A stretch of DNA of 64,000 nt. It comes from an uncultured Alphaproteobacteria bacterium (GTDB lineage: Bacteria; Pseudomonadota; Alphaproteobacteria; Rhizobiales; Beijerinckiaceae). The notes below the pieces were generated by a model. That model did no database searches and was not told the origin of the DNA. It saw nothing but the letters and a program-made list of their open reading frames with translations. Below are positions 42,381-56,267 of this stretch, one piece after another. Location of the stretch: NCBI GenBank assembly GCA_963715715.1, contig OY970269.1, positions 1,688,797 to 1,752,796 of the forward strand, written 5' to 3'. Position numbers and translations under genes: made by a program. Position 1 is the first letter of the stretch, and each line of letters starts with the position of its first letter.

Positions 42381-42508
42381 AGCAGCGATGATCTAAATCG
42401 GCGCTCCATTTTTCCGTCCACAACTGCTCTAAACTGCTGGAATCGAATACGTTCCCGATTTTGGACCGATTCAATCCAAGATCATCGCCGAAATCATCGC
42501 GATCCGAG
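42377..42508. repeat. CTAG-bounded palindromic intergenic repeat, copy 3 (inverted relative to copy 1)
   Basis: Starts at the tilS stop CTAG; TAGAGCAG...CTGCTCTA hairpin, then about 46/56 identity (manual alignment) to the reverse complement of copy 1 module A. Confidence 0.75.
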
Positions 42509-42667
42509 CCGTCGCTTCTTTGCCGGTTCCACGGCGCGCTCTTGCGGCTCCCCTTGGCAACGCTGCGGGCGACGCCTACATTGACAATGCGACGGCAGGA
42601 CTCACAGTGCGTTTCATCGACAGGCGATCAGCCTCCTGGCTTGCTTCGCCTGCATCAGGACCTGGAA

Positions 42668-44602
<1,935 letters not shown>

Positions 44603-44630
44603 TTGTCTCGCACGTCGCTGTAACGAATTG

Positions 44631-44662
44631 AGGCCGCCTCGCGCAAGCAAGGCGGCCTTTTT
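44631..44662 (+). terminator. Intrinsic terminator after ftsH
   Basis: AGGCCGCCT/AGGCGGCCT stem followed by a T run. Confidence 0.75.
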
Positions 44663-44873
44663 ATTCAATGGCCCCCCGAAGGCCGATCAGCCCGTGACGG
44701 CAGGCCGATCGGACAATTGACCCCGCCACATGATCGGCTAATCTCGGCATGCTGACGATCGCGACTAACTCAATCCCAACGCGAATTGCCTCAGCGCCCG
44801 CCTCCGCCGTCATCAGTTCACGATCCGCGTCCAAAGCTCGCCGGAGAGTTTCTCATTGCGCCGGGAAGCGCCG

Positions 44874-45710
44874 ATGTTGAACGGGGTCATGCTGCTTTGG
44901 TTTCTGCTGACGGCGACGTCTGTCGCATTTGTCGCGATCGACATAAGGTCCACGCCCGCATCGGCAGTTTTGAAATGGGGCTTCGTGCTCCTCACCGCCT
45001 ACACCGGACCTATCGGCGCTTTCCTTTACGTCCTTGGATGCCGGGAGCCGCTGCCGGGGCTGCATGAGCGCTATGTCGCCGTACGCTGGCGTCAGGCGCT
45101 CGGATCGACGATGCACTGCGTCGCGGGCGATGGCGTCGGCATCCTCGCGGGAGCCGTGATCGCCAGCGCCCTTGGGCTGCACGGGGCCGTCGAAGCGGCG
45201 CTCGAATATATCCTCGGTTTCGCCTTCGGCTGGACGATCTTCCAGGCGCTGTTCATGCGCGACATGGCGGGCGGCTCCTATGCGCGCTCGCTCTCGATGA
45301 CCTTCATCCCCGAATTGCTCTCGATGAATTTGCTGATGGCCGGCATGCTGCCGACGATGATGATCCTGCGATCGGCGCTGGCGCCCGCGGCCGGCCCCGA
45401 CGCGCCGGCCTTCTGGTTCGTGATGTCCATGGCGCTGCTCGCCGGCTTCATCGTCGCCTATCCGATGAACTGGTGGCTCGTCGCCAATAAACTCAAGCAT
45501 GGAATGATGACGGTGCGGCCGGCCGGCGCGAAGCCGCCTGCGGACGCGGCCATGGACGCTCACCTTGGCCCGGGCATGGCGGCGGCGATGGCGGACCACG
45601 GGAGCGCCGCGACTGTCCCGCCTGCCCCGCCCGTGCCGGTTATGGCCCTTCTTTCCTTCCTCGCCCTCGCCGTTGGCGCCGCGGTCGCGTGGTTCGCGGC
45701 GCGGATGTAG
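44874..45710 (+). CDS. DUF4396 domain membrane protein
   Basis: STMHCVAGDGVG, GWTIFQ, AGFIVAYPMNWWLV...LKHGM motifs; Met/His-rich. Confidence 0.8.
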   Translation: MLNGVMLLWFLLTATSVAFVAIDIRSTPASAVLKWGFVLLTAYTGPIGAFLYVLGCREPLPGLHERYVAVRWRQALGSTMHCVAGDGVGILAGAVIASALGLHGAVEAALEYILGFAFGWTIFQALFMRDMAGGSYARSLSMTFIPELLSMNLLMAGMLPTMMILRSALAPAAGPDAPAFWFVMSMALLAGFIVAYPMNWWLVANKLKHGMMTVRPAGAKPPADAAMDAHLGPGMAAAMADHGSAATVPPAPPVPVMALLSFLALAVGAAVAWFAARM

Positions 45711-45755
45711 CCCGCCCCGCGACGACGTCCGCGAACGGCGCCGCGCGGCCCCGGC

Positions 45756-46247
45756 TCAGGACTGCGTGCCGGCGAGCACGGTGACGGCGCGGCGGTTCTG
45801 CGACCAGCAGGAAATGTCGTTGCAGACGGCGACGGGCCGCTCCTTGCCATAGCTGATCGTATGAATGCGGGCGGCCGGGATGCCGCGCGCGACCAGATAG
45901 GCCTTGGCGGCTTCCGCGCGGCGCGCGCCGAGCGCGAAATTATATTCACGCGTGCCGCGCTCGTCGGCATGGCCCTCGACGGTGAAATTATAGCGCGCGT
46001 ATTGCAGCAGCCAGGTCGACTGCTTGTCGAGCGTCGCCTGCGCGGTCGGGCTCAGTTCGCTGGAATCGCTATCGAAGAAAACCCGATCGCCGACATTCAC
46101 CGCAAAATCCTGCGGGCTGCCCGGCGTCGCCGCGCCGGCGTTCGCCAGCGCATTCGGATCCGGGCTCTTGGCGCAGGCCGCGATCGCGAGGGCGGCGCCC
46201 AACACGGCGGCGATTTTCCAACCGCCCCTCCGTTCGAGAAAGCTCAT
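45756..46247 (-). CDS. pal: Peptidoglycan-associated lipoprotein Pal
   Basis: Lipobox IAAC, DRVFFD, EGHADERGTREYN.ALG.RRA, SYGKERP, SQNRR. Confidence 0.96.
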   Translation of the reverse strand: MSFLERRGGWKIAAVLGAALAIAACAKSPDPNALANAGAATPGSPQDFAVNVGDRVFFDSDSSELSPTAQATLDKQSTWLLQYARYNFTVEGHADERGTREYNFALGARRAEAAKAYLVARGIPAARIHTISYGKERPVAVCNDISCWSQNRRAVTVLAGTQS

Positions 46248-46372
46248 CCCAATACTCCTTGGTTGATCGCAGGACAGGATGATTTCTAAGGCTTCGACTG
46301 TTAAGAGAAGGTTCCGTCAACCTTGATTGAAGCTTGTGAGGCGCCGTGGCATTTGAGTAATCGGCCCAATGG

Positions 46373-46387
46373 TTAACAAAAGGTTAA
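46373..46387. promoter_or_regulatory. CtrA box
   Basis: Perfect TTAA-CAAAAGG-TTAA. Confidence 0.65.
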
Positions 46388-46478
46388 TGGCCTTAGTTGG
46401 GCCTTCCGTCCGAATCGCCTGCTCAGTCAAAGCTCGACGCCCGGCGGTTAGAGCGTCTTTGGCGAGCAGAATCAAGCC

Positions 46479-46493
46479 TTAAGAAATAGTTAA
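46479..46493. promoter_or_regulatory. CtrA box
   Basis: Perfect TTAA-GAAATAG-TTAA. Confidence 0.65.
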
Positions 46494-46715
46494 CAAAAGC
46501 TTGAACGGGGCCGCTTTTTCTCAAACCTGCGCCTGCCATGGGAGGCATAAAACTTGTGCAAAGCCTGCGCGGCCCGCGCGCGGGGAAGGGTCGGCGTCAG
46601 GAAAATCATCTGCGCCCCGAGGCGACCGAATCGCTCGAGCCGGCCGGCAAAGTCGCAGGCTCCGTCGACGAGATCATTGAGCTGAAACAAATGGCCCTAA
46701 AGGCAAAGCTTCCGC

Positions 46716-49560
46716 TCAGTGCGCGAGGCGCTCCAGCAGGTCGCGCACATGCACCTGATCGGCCTTGTAATTGCCGGTCAGCGTGTACATCACGAGATTG
46801 ACGCCGCCGCGCAGGGCGAGTTCGTGCTGGCGTCCCCCGCCGGGCGTCAGCGCATAGAGGCTTTCGCCATCGGCATCGCTCGCCCAGCCGGCGGCGAGAT
46901 CGTTCGAGGTGATGATGACCGGCGAGACGCCATCGCCCGAACGCGCCGGACGCGCCCCGCCGTCGGCAGGCGCCGGCGGCAGCGCCTCGATCCAGGTCGT
47001 TCCGCTGGCGTAACGGCCGACGAAGCCGTCGAGCAGATAGAAGGTCTTGGTGACGACATGGTCGGCCGGCACTGGTGCCAGCTCCGGTACGTCGACGCCG
47101 GCGAGCAATTGGCGCAGCCAGCGCGCCTCGGGCGTCGGCGGTCCGTCGGCACTCGCGGTCAAGGCGTCGCGCGTGTCGAAAACGATGGTTCCGCCAAGCT
47201 TCATGAAGGCGCTGATTTTGGCGACCGCCTCCTGCGACGGCTGCGGGCGGTCGGCGACGATCGGCCAATAGAGCAGCGGATAAAAGCTCAATTCGTCGCG
47301 CGCGGGATCGACGCCGATCGGCTCGCCGGGGGTCAGCGAGGTGCGCCGCGCCAGCACGCGCGACAGGCTGATGAGGCCCTGCCGCGTCGCTTCATCCACC
47401 TTGGGATCGCCGCTGACGACATAGGCGAGCCGCGTCGACAGCGCCGAATTGAGGTCGCGCGGCGCAATCGCGATGGCTTCGCCGCCCGCCGCCGGTTCGG
47501 CCAGCGCACGCGACGGCGCGCCGATGAAGCCGCCGGCGCCGACCAGAGCCGCGAGGACGAGGCCAGCGACGGCTCGCCGCGCCGGACGCAGCGGTCCGGC
47601 AAGCCAAAGCGAAGCCAACGCGTCGAGGCAGAAGAGCAGGAAGGCGAGTGCGATCAGATATGGCTTCAGATCGACGGGCTCCGCCCCGCGCAAGGGATGC
47701 GGTAAGAGGCCGAGCCTTGCGAAATCGAGCGCCTCGACCTTATCGCCCGGTTGCAGCGCGTTAACGGCGACAAAGGCGTCCGGCGGGCCGTAAATTCCCG
47801 GCGGATGCTCGGCGTCCGCCGCCCCGTCGAAGCCGACGGCGATGGGCTTGGCGCTCGCCGGCGGCGCGCCGAGAACGCCGAAGCCGTCGAGGGTTTTGGT
47901 CGGCGCGACCGTCTTGGCCTGGTCCGCGCCACGCGCCGCCGCGTTCTTCTGCGCATCCGCGGCCCCCGCGCCCTGCGCCGCATCAGGCGCGGCCGGCGTC
48001 TGACCGGCGAGATCGACGATCTTGCGCAGCATATCGACGAAGAGGCCCGAAATCGGCAGATTGGACCAGGTGGTGTCAGCCGTGACGTGGAACAGAATGG
48101 TCATGCCCTTGCCGAGGCGCATGGCCGTCACCAGCGGCGTGCCGTCCGAGAGCTGCGCCAGCGTTTTGTCGGCAAGGCCAGGGTCGGGCTCGGCCAGCAC
48201 CTGACGCGAAACGGTGACTTCGGCGGGCGGCTTGAGGCCGAAGAAGGGGCTCGCGCGCTCGAAGGGCGCCAGCGTCTTCGGCGTATCCCACGACATCGAG
48301 CCGCCAAGCACGCGCCCGCCGCGGCGCAGCCGCACCGGCACGAGGTCGTCCGAGGCGCTGGCGAGCCGCGTGCCGGCGAAGCGCAACAGGATGCCGCCAT
48401 CCTCGACGAAGCGCCGCAGTTCGTCATGCTCGGGACCCGTGACAGCGCCGACGTCGGCCAGGATCATGATGGCGACATGGTCGCCCAGCAGCTCATGAAT
48501 GGGATCGATCGTTCCAGGCCGCGCCTCGCGCACGTCGGCATAGGGCGCGAGCGCCTTTTTCAGATAGTAATTCGGCGCCAGCAGCGGCTGCGACACGTCG
48601 GCCGCCTCGCCGCTGACAAGGCCGATGCTGCGCCGGCGCCAGCGCGCGTCGAGCAGCGAAACCGCCCCCGCCGAATGCTCGTTGACGATCTCAAGGCGCA
48701 TGATCTCGTTGCGCAACTCGACCGGCAAATCGAATTTCACCTTGGTCTCGGTCTTGCCGGAAAAATCGAAGGGCGCCGAGCCGATGGCGAGGCCCTTCAT
48801 GTCGAGCGCGCGCACTTCGCCCTGCTCAGGCCCGCCGACCGAGGCGCGAAGCACGCGCGCTTCGAGCCCGGCGGCGAGGTTCTGCGGTCCGGCCAGCGCC
48901 CGCGCCGGCTCGCCGCCGCCGACGACATCGAGGTTGACGCCAAGGGCCGCCAGGCCGCGCGCGAAATCCTCGGCGTGGCCGGCCTCGACGCCGTCGGCGA
49001 TCCAGACGATCGAGGCGTGGGGATTCGCCGCGACGAAGCGCGAGATCGCGCCCAGCGCCGGCCGGCGATCGGGATTATAGGCGACGGGATTGATCGCGCG
49101 CAGGCGGTCGAGCGCCTTCGCGGCGCTGGTCGGGGCGACCTCGCGCGCGCCGTCCGAGGCGGCGATGACGGCGATCGGGCGCGCGCGGCCCCCCGCCGCC
49201 TCGATGCGCTGCGCCGCCGCCTCGACGCGGCGCGCAAAGCTCGGCGCCGCCGGCCAGCCATCGTCAAGCACGATCAGCAGCGGCCCCGAGCCGGCGGCGG
49301 GCGCGACCGGATTGAGCACCGGTCCCGCCATCGCCAGAATGATGCAGGCGGCGATGGCGAGGCGCAGGATCAGCAGCCAGAGCGGCGTGCGCCGCGGAGT
49401 TCTGGCTGACCGGAATGAGATCGAGGAACAGCCGCAGCGGCGGAAACGGCACCTGGCGCGGCCGTGGCGGCGTCACGCGCAGGAGATAATAGAGCAGCGG
49501 CAGGCCGACCAGGGCGGCGAGGGCGAGCGGCGCGGTGAAGGCGAGCGGGATGCCGAACAT
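46716..49560 (-). CDS. BatA-type double-TM N-terminus / DUF4159 membrane protein (one apparent indel near 49400)
   Basis: LLRVTPPRPRQVPFPPL, LIVLDDGW, C-terminal FYPLLYWP, GGTIVFDTRD, GVNLVMYTLTGNYKADQVH. Confidence 0.85.
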
Positions 49561-50501
49561 CAGATTGCAAGGCCCGCTGCGGCGTTGGGGGAATTGGCCT
49601 CAAGCTGCATGCGCAGCGCCAGCAAAGCCTCGGAAGCCGGCCGATCGGTCCGGTGCAGCATCAAGGTCCAGCCGCGCGCCCGCGCCGCCGCCCGGATGCG
49701 GTCGCGATGCGTCTCAAGCCTTCGCATGTAATCGGCGCGGAAAGCCTCGGCCTCGCCGACGCGCAGGCGCGCCGGCGAATCGACGTCGATGAACTCCACA
49801 TGGCCGGCGAAGGGAAACGTCTCCTCGACCGGATCGGCGATCATGATGAGATGGCCGCGCGCGCCGCGCTGGCTGATCGAATTGATCATCGTGGCGATGT
49901 CGGCGGGCTCGCTCAGAAGATCGCCGATGAGGACCGCCTGCGCGTTGCGCGGCAGGCTGTCGAGGGGCGCGAGCTCGGCCGGCTCATAGCCTTGCCCGCG
50001 CTCTTCGGCGAGCAGCACTTCGCCGAACCGCTCGACGATGTTGCGCGCGGCGAGCGGCCTTGTGAGGCCAAGGAGACCTACGCGTTCGCCGCCGCGGATC
50101 AGGAGATCAGCCGCGGCGAGGCCGAGCACAAGCGCGCGGTCGATCTTCGGCTGCAGCGCCAGCTTCGAGGAAAAATGCATCGAGGCGGAGCGGTCGATCC
50201 ACAGCATGACCGTATGCGCCGCCTCCCACTCGCGCTCCCGCACGTAGAGCCGCTCGTCGCGCGCCGATCTGCGCCAGTCGATCCGGCTGGTCGATTCGCC
50301 GGCGACGAAGGGGCGGAACTGCCAGAAGGTCTCGCCGAGCCCGGCGCGGCGGCGGCCATGCACGCCATGCAGCACGCTGGCCGCGACTTCCCGCGCGGCG
50401 ACGATGAGGCTCGGAAAGCGCCGCGCCAGCGAGAGCGCCTGATCCTGCCTCTGCCCGTTGAGGCGGCTCTCCGTGCGATCGAGAAGCGCGACCTCCGACA
50501 T
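49560..50501 (-). CDS. DUF58 domain protein
   Basis: GVHGRRRAGLGETFWQFR, IDWRRSAR, YVREREWEAA, WIDRSASM. Confidence 0.9.
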   Translation of the reverse strand: MSEVALLDRTESRLNGQRQDQALSLARRFPSLIVAAREVAASVLHGVHGRRRAGLGETFWQFRPFVAGESTSRIDWRRSARDERLYVREREWEAAHTVMLWIDRSASMHFSSKLALQPKIDRALVLGLAAADLLIRGGERVGLLGLTRPLAARNIVERFGEVLLAEERGQGYEPAELAPLDSLPRNAQAVLIGDLLSEPADIATMINSISQRGARGHLIMIADPVEETFPFAGHVEFIDVDSPARLRVGEAEAFRADYMRRLETHRDRIRAAARARGWTLMLHRTDRPASEALLALRMQLEANSPNAAAGLAI

Positions 50502-50503
50502 GG

Positions 50504-51502
<999 letters not shown>

Positions 51503-51701
51503 ATGATCCCTTTTAACTCTTCGCGAGCCGGCGCGGACACAGTATTTTCGCTCGTTCTAGTGTCAACGACCCCGGCCGATAGTCAACTCGGCCGTCTTTC
51601 AAGAAAATGGTCTTTGCACATCGCCTCGACTGGCGCCTGTCACAATCATTGTGATTGGCTCTTTTTGATGGCTCCATTCGATAGCTGGGCGCGGGACGAC
51701 G

Positions 51702-52301
51702 ATGGCTGAGGAATTCCCCGATAAAAGCGAGAGTAACGAGGCGCTCGCGCGTTTCGCGGCTCTGGCAGCTTCGCCGGCGCCGGTCGAACAATGGAATCCG
51801 CCATTTTGCGGCGATATCGACATGCGCATCGCCCGCGACGGCGCGTGGTTCTATCAGGGAACACTGATTCGGCGCCCGGCGCTGGTCAGGCTGTTCTCGA
51901 CCATCCTGCGCAAGGACCCCGAGCGCTACGTTCTTGTGACGCCGGTCGAGCGCGTTGGCATCCTCGTCGAGGATGCGCCTTTCGTCGCCGTCGAAATGGA
52001 GGTCGCGGGATCGGGACCCGCGCAAACCTTAAAATTTCGCACCAATGTCGACGATTGGGTCGGCGCCGGCGCGGCGCATCCGCTGCGATTCGAGCGGGAG
52101 GCTGGCGGCGGCGTCAAACCCTATGTCCATGTGCGCGGCGACCTTTGGGCGCTGGCGACGCGGGCGGTGGCGATCGACCTCATTGCGCTTTGCCAATTGC
52201 GAGCGCATGAGGGCGGGGAAAGCTTTGGCGTCGCTTCGGCCGGCGCGTTTTTTCCGCTGGCCGACGCGCAGGAACTCGCCGCGATAGAGGCAGGCCTTTG
52301 A
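51702..52301 (+). CDS. DUF1285 domain protein
   Basis: PVEQWNPPFCGDIDMRI, LVTPVE, VEDAPF, FRTNVDD, KPYVHVR. Confidence 0.87.
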   Translation: MAEEFPDKSESNEALARFAALAASPAPVEQWNPPFCGDIDMRIARDGAWFYQGTLIRRPALVRLFSTILRKDPERYVLVTPVERVGILVEDAPFVAVEMEVAGSGPAQTLKFRTNVDDWVGAGAAHPLRFEREAGGGVKPYVHVRGDLWALATRAVAIDLIALCQLRAHEGGESFGVASAGAFFPLADAQELAAIEAGL

Positions 52302-52978
52302 CCGCATCCGGGAACCCGCGCCACGAAGAGCGTCAGGACGAGCGTTTCGCCCCCGCGCAGGTCTTCGCCCATATCAGCGGGCGGCTCAGCTTCGCGCCAG
52401 ATCCCGGCGGCGATGAACTTCCCCTCAGCGATCCCGTCATCGACGACGAATTCCCGCGCGCCGACGCATTCCCGGCGACGACGGGAACCCGCGCCGCCGC
52501 CGTGCTCGTCGGGCTCATCGCCCATCCGCGCGGGGTCAGCGTTCTTTTGACCGAGCGCGCAGCCTCATTGAGGGTTCACGCCGGTCAGATCGCTTTTCCC
52601 GGCGGCAAGATCGAGCCCGACGACAAAACGCCCGCCGCCGCCGCTCTGCGCGAAGCCGAGGAGGAGATCGGCCTTGCGCCCCGCCTCGTGCATCCGCTCG
52701 GCTATCTTTCCCCTTATATCACCGGCACCGGCTTTCGCGTCGTCCCCGTCGTCGCGCGCATTGAGCCCGGCTTTTCGCTGCGCCTCAATGCGGGCGAAGT
52801 CGCCGACGCCTTCGAGGCGCCGTTCGCCTTCCTCATGGACGCGGCCAACCACACGCTCGACTCGCGCGCCTTCGGCGGACGGCTGCGGCGGTTCTATGCG
52901 ATGCCCTATGGCGATCGCTATATCTGGGGCGCCACCGCCGGCATTCTGCGCAAGCTTTACGAAAGGCTCTATGGCTGA
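52298..52978 (+). CDS. CoA pyrophosphatase (NudL-like Nudix)
   Basis: AAVLV, LLTERA..L..HAGQIAFPGG, ALREAEEEIG, IWGATAG. Confidence 0.9.
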   Translation: MTASGNPRHEERQDERFAPAQVFAHISGRLSFAPDPGGDELPLSDPVIDDEFPRADAFPATTGTRAAAVLVGLIAHPRGVSVLLTERAASLRVHAGQIAFPGGKIEPDDKTPAAAALREAEEEIGLAPRLVHPLGYLSPYITGTGFRVVPVVARIEPGFSLRLNAGEVADAFEAPFAFLMDAANHTLDSRAFGGRLRRFYAMPYGDRYIWGATAGILRKLYERLYG

Positions 52979-53238
52979 TGTGGCGCGCGATTCTCGAGCC
53001 CACGCTTCTCTTCGGTTCGCCTTTCGCGGCCTATGCGGCCTATCTCGCGCTGCGCCAAAAATATCCCTTCGAGGTCGAACACTGGAGCCGCAGCGCGGTC
53101 TCGACGCTGGTTCTCGCCGGCCTCGCCATCGCCGTCGCCGGCGTTTTCGTCTTCGGCATCTTCGCGCCGCGCAATCAGGGCGCCTATGTCCCCGCGCATG
53201 TGGAGAACGGCCAGATCGTGCCCGGTCGCATCCAGTGA
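52978..53238 (+). CDS. Small membrane protein (DUF6111-like)
   Basis: Two hydrophobic segments, C-terminal YVPAH.ENG.IVPGRI; typical position between nudL and cca. Confidence 0.7.
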   Translation: MWRAILEPTLLFGSPFAAYAAYLALRQKYPFEVEHWSRSAVSTLVLAGLAIAVAGVFVFGIFAPRNQGAYVPAHVENGQIVPGRIQ

Positions 53239-54480
53239 GCGCGGCGCAGGTCCAAAAGGGCGCGCTGGCGCGCCTGCTCGACAACGCCGCGCTGACGCGC
53301 GTCTTCGCCGCGCTCGACCAGGACGGCGACGAGACCCGCATCGTCGGCGGCGCCGTGCGCGACGCGCTCACCGGACGCGCCGCCAGGGAGATCGACCTCG
53401 CGACCACTGCGACGCCAGAACTGGTGCTGGCGCGAGCGGAGAGCGAAGGCATCCGCGCGATCCCGACCGGCCTCGCGCATGGCACGGTGACGCTCGTCGC
53501 CGATGGCGAAACCTTCGAAGTCACGAGTCTGCGCGAAGACGTCGATACCGACGGACGCCATGCGCAGGTGCGCTTCGGCCGCGATTTTGAGACCGACGCG
53601 CAGCGCCGGGATTTCACCATCAACGCCCTGTCCGTCGACAAGGACGGGCGCATTTTCGATTATGTCGGCGGCCTCGACGACATTAAAGCCGGGCGGGTGC
53701 GCTTCATCGGCGAGCCGCGCGCGGCGCATCCGCGAGGATTATCTGCGCATCCTGCGCTTCTTCCGCTTTTCGGCCGAGTACGCCGAAGGCCCGCTCGACG
53801 CCGAAGGGCTGCTCGCCGCCATGCGCGAACGCGGGGGACTCGCACGGCTCTCGCGCGAGCGCGTGCGGGCGGAGCTTTTGAAGCTCCTCGCGGCGCGGCG
53901 CGCGGCGGAGGCGGCGCAGGCGATGACCGACGCTGGCCTCATCGGCCTCCTGCTCGCCTCGGCACCTAATCCGGCGCGCTTGCGCGCGCTCGCGAACATC
54001 GCCGACGACGGCGCGCGTGATCCGCTGCTGCGCCTCGCCGCGCTCTGCCTCGATGTGCCGGAGGACGCCGAGCGCCTCGGAGACGTTCTTCGCCTTTCCA
54101 ACAGCGAGCGTCAGCGTCTCGCGCGCGCCGGCGCCGCGCTCTTGAAACTGCATGGCGCGCAAAGCCCGCCGCCGACGGAGGCGCTGCGCGTCCTGCTCTT
54201 CGTCCATGGCCGCGAGGCCGCGCTGGATGCGCTGCTGCTCGCCGCCGCGCGGGCGCCTGATCCCGCGCAATGGTTGCAGGCGCTCGCCTTCTTGCGCGGC
54301 GAACCGGAGCCGCGGCTGCCCTTTTCGGGCGATGATCTGATCGCGCGCGGGGTTCCGGCCGGGCGCGCCATCGGCGCCGCCCTTGAGGCCCTGAAACGGC
54401 GCTGGATCGGCGCCGGCTTTCCCGATGACCCGGGCCAACTGGCGCTGATGCTCGACGAAGTTGCGTCCGGCGCCGATTGA
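53235..54480 (+). CDS. cca: CCA tRNA nucleotidyltransferase (one apparent indel near 53720)
   Basis: VGGAVRD, IDLAT, HGTVT, EVTSLR, DAQRRDFTINAL, EDYLRILRFFRF. Confidence 0.92.
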
Positions 54481-54629
54481 ACGCGCGAGAAGTCCTGCGT
54501 TAACCGCTTCGGCGATGATTTACGCGGGGGCCGCGTAATCGCTTCAATAAATTCAGTAAAAACGAACGCGAGGTGTTAGCAGGCCGTTCGGCGCGCTATG
54601 ATGCCGCGCGATCCTTCAGGAGCTGCGCC

Positions 54630-54893
54630 GTGAGCGCAAGGGAGAACAAGCCATCGGACGTCGCGCAGCGGCTAGCGCGGCGCGCCCGCGCCCAGGCCGA
54701 TGACGCGCCCGGGCGCAAGGATTCCTGGCGGCGCGAGACGTTTACGCTGCCGCGCGCGGAAGCCCGCGACAAGGCGCGCGAATGGTTCACGCGCTTCCCC
54801 AAGGCCGCCTATATGACCGAGATCGAATCCTGGCGCGAGCTTGCCGACGATCGCATCGAATTCACCATGCGCCGCCTGCCCAGCGCCGATTGA
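54630..54893 (+). CDS. Small conserved hypothetical protein
   Basis: GTG after CAGGAG; RETF.LPR.EAR.KAREWF.RFPKAAYMTE..SW...DDRIEFTMRRLPSAD looks like a conserved Rhizobiales small protein. Confidence 0.7.
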   Translation: MSARENKPSDVAQRLARRARAQADDAPGRKDSWRRETFTLPRAEARDKAREWFTRFPKAAYMTEIESWRELADDRIEFTMRRLPSAD

Positions 54894-55018
54894 GAACGCG
54901 CTTTGAAGTCCAAATCCGGCGCCGGTTTGGAACGTTATCGCCGACCATGAGTTTTTACCTTAAGCCCGGCGGGCTCATAATCGATTCGTCGAGGCTGGTC
55001 ATGGCAAAGGAGTTTTCG

Positions 55019-55285
55019 ATGAAAAACAGTACTCTTCTGGTATCGGCGGCGGCGCTCGGCGGCGCCTTCCTGTTCGGCGGCGCGGCGCTCGCCCAGCAAG
55101 CGACGACAACCCCGGTGGCTATAGTCCAAACGCCAATCGATGCCCTCGGCGCCGGCCTCACAGCGATCGTCTCCATCCCTGTCGAAATCGTATCGGTTCC
55201 GTTCAACGCTATTACCGCGCCGGCCCCGGCGGCCGCGCCCGCGCCCGTCGTCACCGGCCGCAGCGTCGCCGTGAACAAATACTGA
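55019..55285 (+). CDS. Small secreted hypothetical protein
   Basis: RBS AAGGAG; signal peptide MKNSTLLVSAAALGGAFLFGGAALA; hydrophobic core and Pro/Ala tail. Confidence 0.65.
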   Translation: MKNSTLLVSAAALGGAFLFGGAALAQQATTTPVAIVQTPIDALGAGLTAIVSIPVEIVSVPFNAITAPAPAAAPAPVVTGRSVAVNKY

Positions 55286-55397
55286 GGGCGACCCTGGTCG
55301 GTCGCCGGAGCTGAACCGCCCGAACCGCTCAGGTATCGGTTCTCGAAATAAACAGGGCCGCTCCGCCAAAACGGCCCTTCGATTCCCTCTGCGCCGG

Positions 55398-56153
55398 TCA
55401 GGCAAGGTGCTGCCCGGCGTCGACGGTGATCAACTGACCGGTGACGCTGCGCGCGCCGGCGAGATAAAGCACCGCGTCGGCGATGTCGTCGGCCTCGACC
55501 GCGCGCCGCAGCGGCAGGGCCTGAACCTCGCGGGCAAAACCCGCCTCGCCCTCGCTGGCGTTGGGAAACACGGGACCCGGGCCCACCGCATTGACGCGGA
55601 CGCCCCGCGGCGCAAACGCCTGCGCCATGGTCTGCGTCGCCATCCACAGCGCCGCCTTGCTCAGCGTATAGGAAAAGAATTTCGGCGTCGGGCGCAACAC
55701 GCGCTGGTCGATGATATTGACGATCGAAGCTCCCGCCGGCGCCTGACGGGCGAAGTCGCGCGCAAGCAGCGCGGGCGCGCGCAAATTCACCGCGAAATGC
55801 CGGTCGAAACCCTCGGCGGAAAAACCCAGCGCCAAATCCTCCTCAAACAGCGCCGCGTTATTGACGAGCAGCGTCAGCGGCCCGATCAGCGCGGCGGCTT
55901 TGGCGATCAGCGCGCCGGCCGCCGCCGCGTCGGCGAGATCGAGGCTCACGGCCGCCGCCCTGCCGCCGCCGGCCTCGATCCGCGCGGCGGCGCGCGCGCC
56001 CTCCTCTTTCGAGCCCGGGCCGCAGTGCAGCGCCACGGCGTAGCCGGCGCCGGCGAGCCGCTCGACGATGCGAAGGCCAATGCGCCGCGCGCCGCCGGTG
56101 ACGAGCGCCGCGGGCGCAACCGGGCCGGTCAACGGATCGATCATGCGTCGCAA
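55398..56153 (-). CDS. SDR oxidoreductase (pteridine reductase/FolM-like)
   Basis: TGGARRIG, LVNNA, NIIDQR, YTLSK, RVNAVGPG. Confidence 0.87.
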   Translation of the reverse strand: MRRMIDPLTGPVAPAALVTGGARRIGLRIVERLAGAGYAVALHCGPGSKEEGARAAARIEAGGGRAAAVSLDLADAAAAGALIAKAAALIGPLTLLVNNAALFEEDLALGFSAEGFDRHFAVNLRAPALLARDFARQAPAGASIVNIIDQRVLRPTPKFFSYTLSKAALWMATQTMAQAFAPRGVRVNAVGPGPVFPNASEGEAGFAREVQALPLRRAVEADDIADAVLYLAGARSVTGQLITVDAGQHLA

Positions 56154-56267
56154 ACGCTTCGTAATGGCGGCTGCATAAGCTTCTCTTTACGCCGGGCGGA
56201 CATGCCGCCATCAAGGCGAAGGCGCCGGCGAAATTGGGCTGGCCGACTTCCGGGTTCGTTCGAGGAT

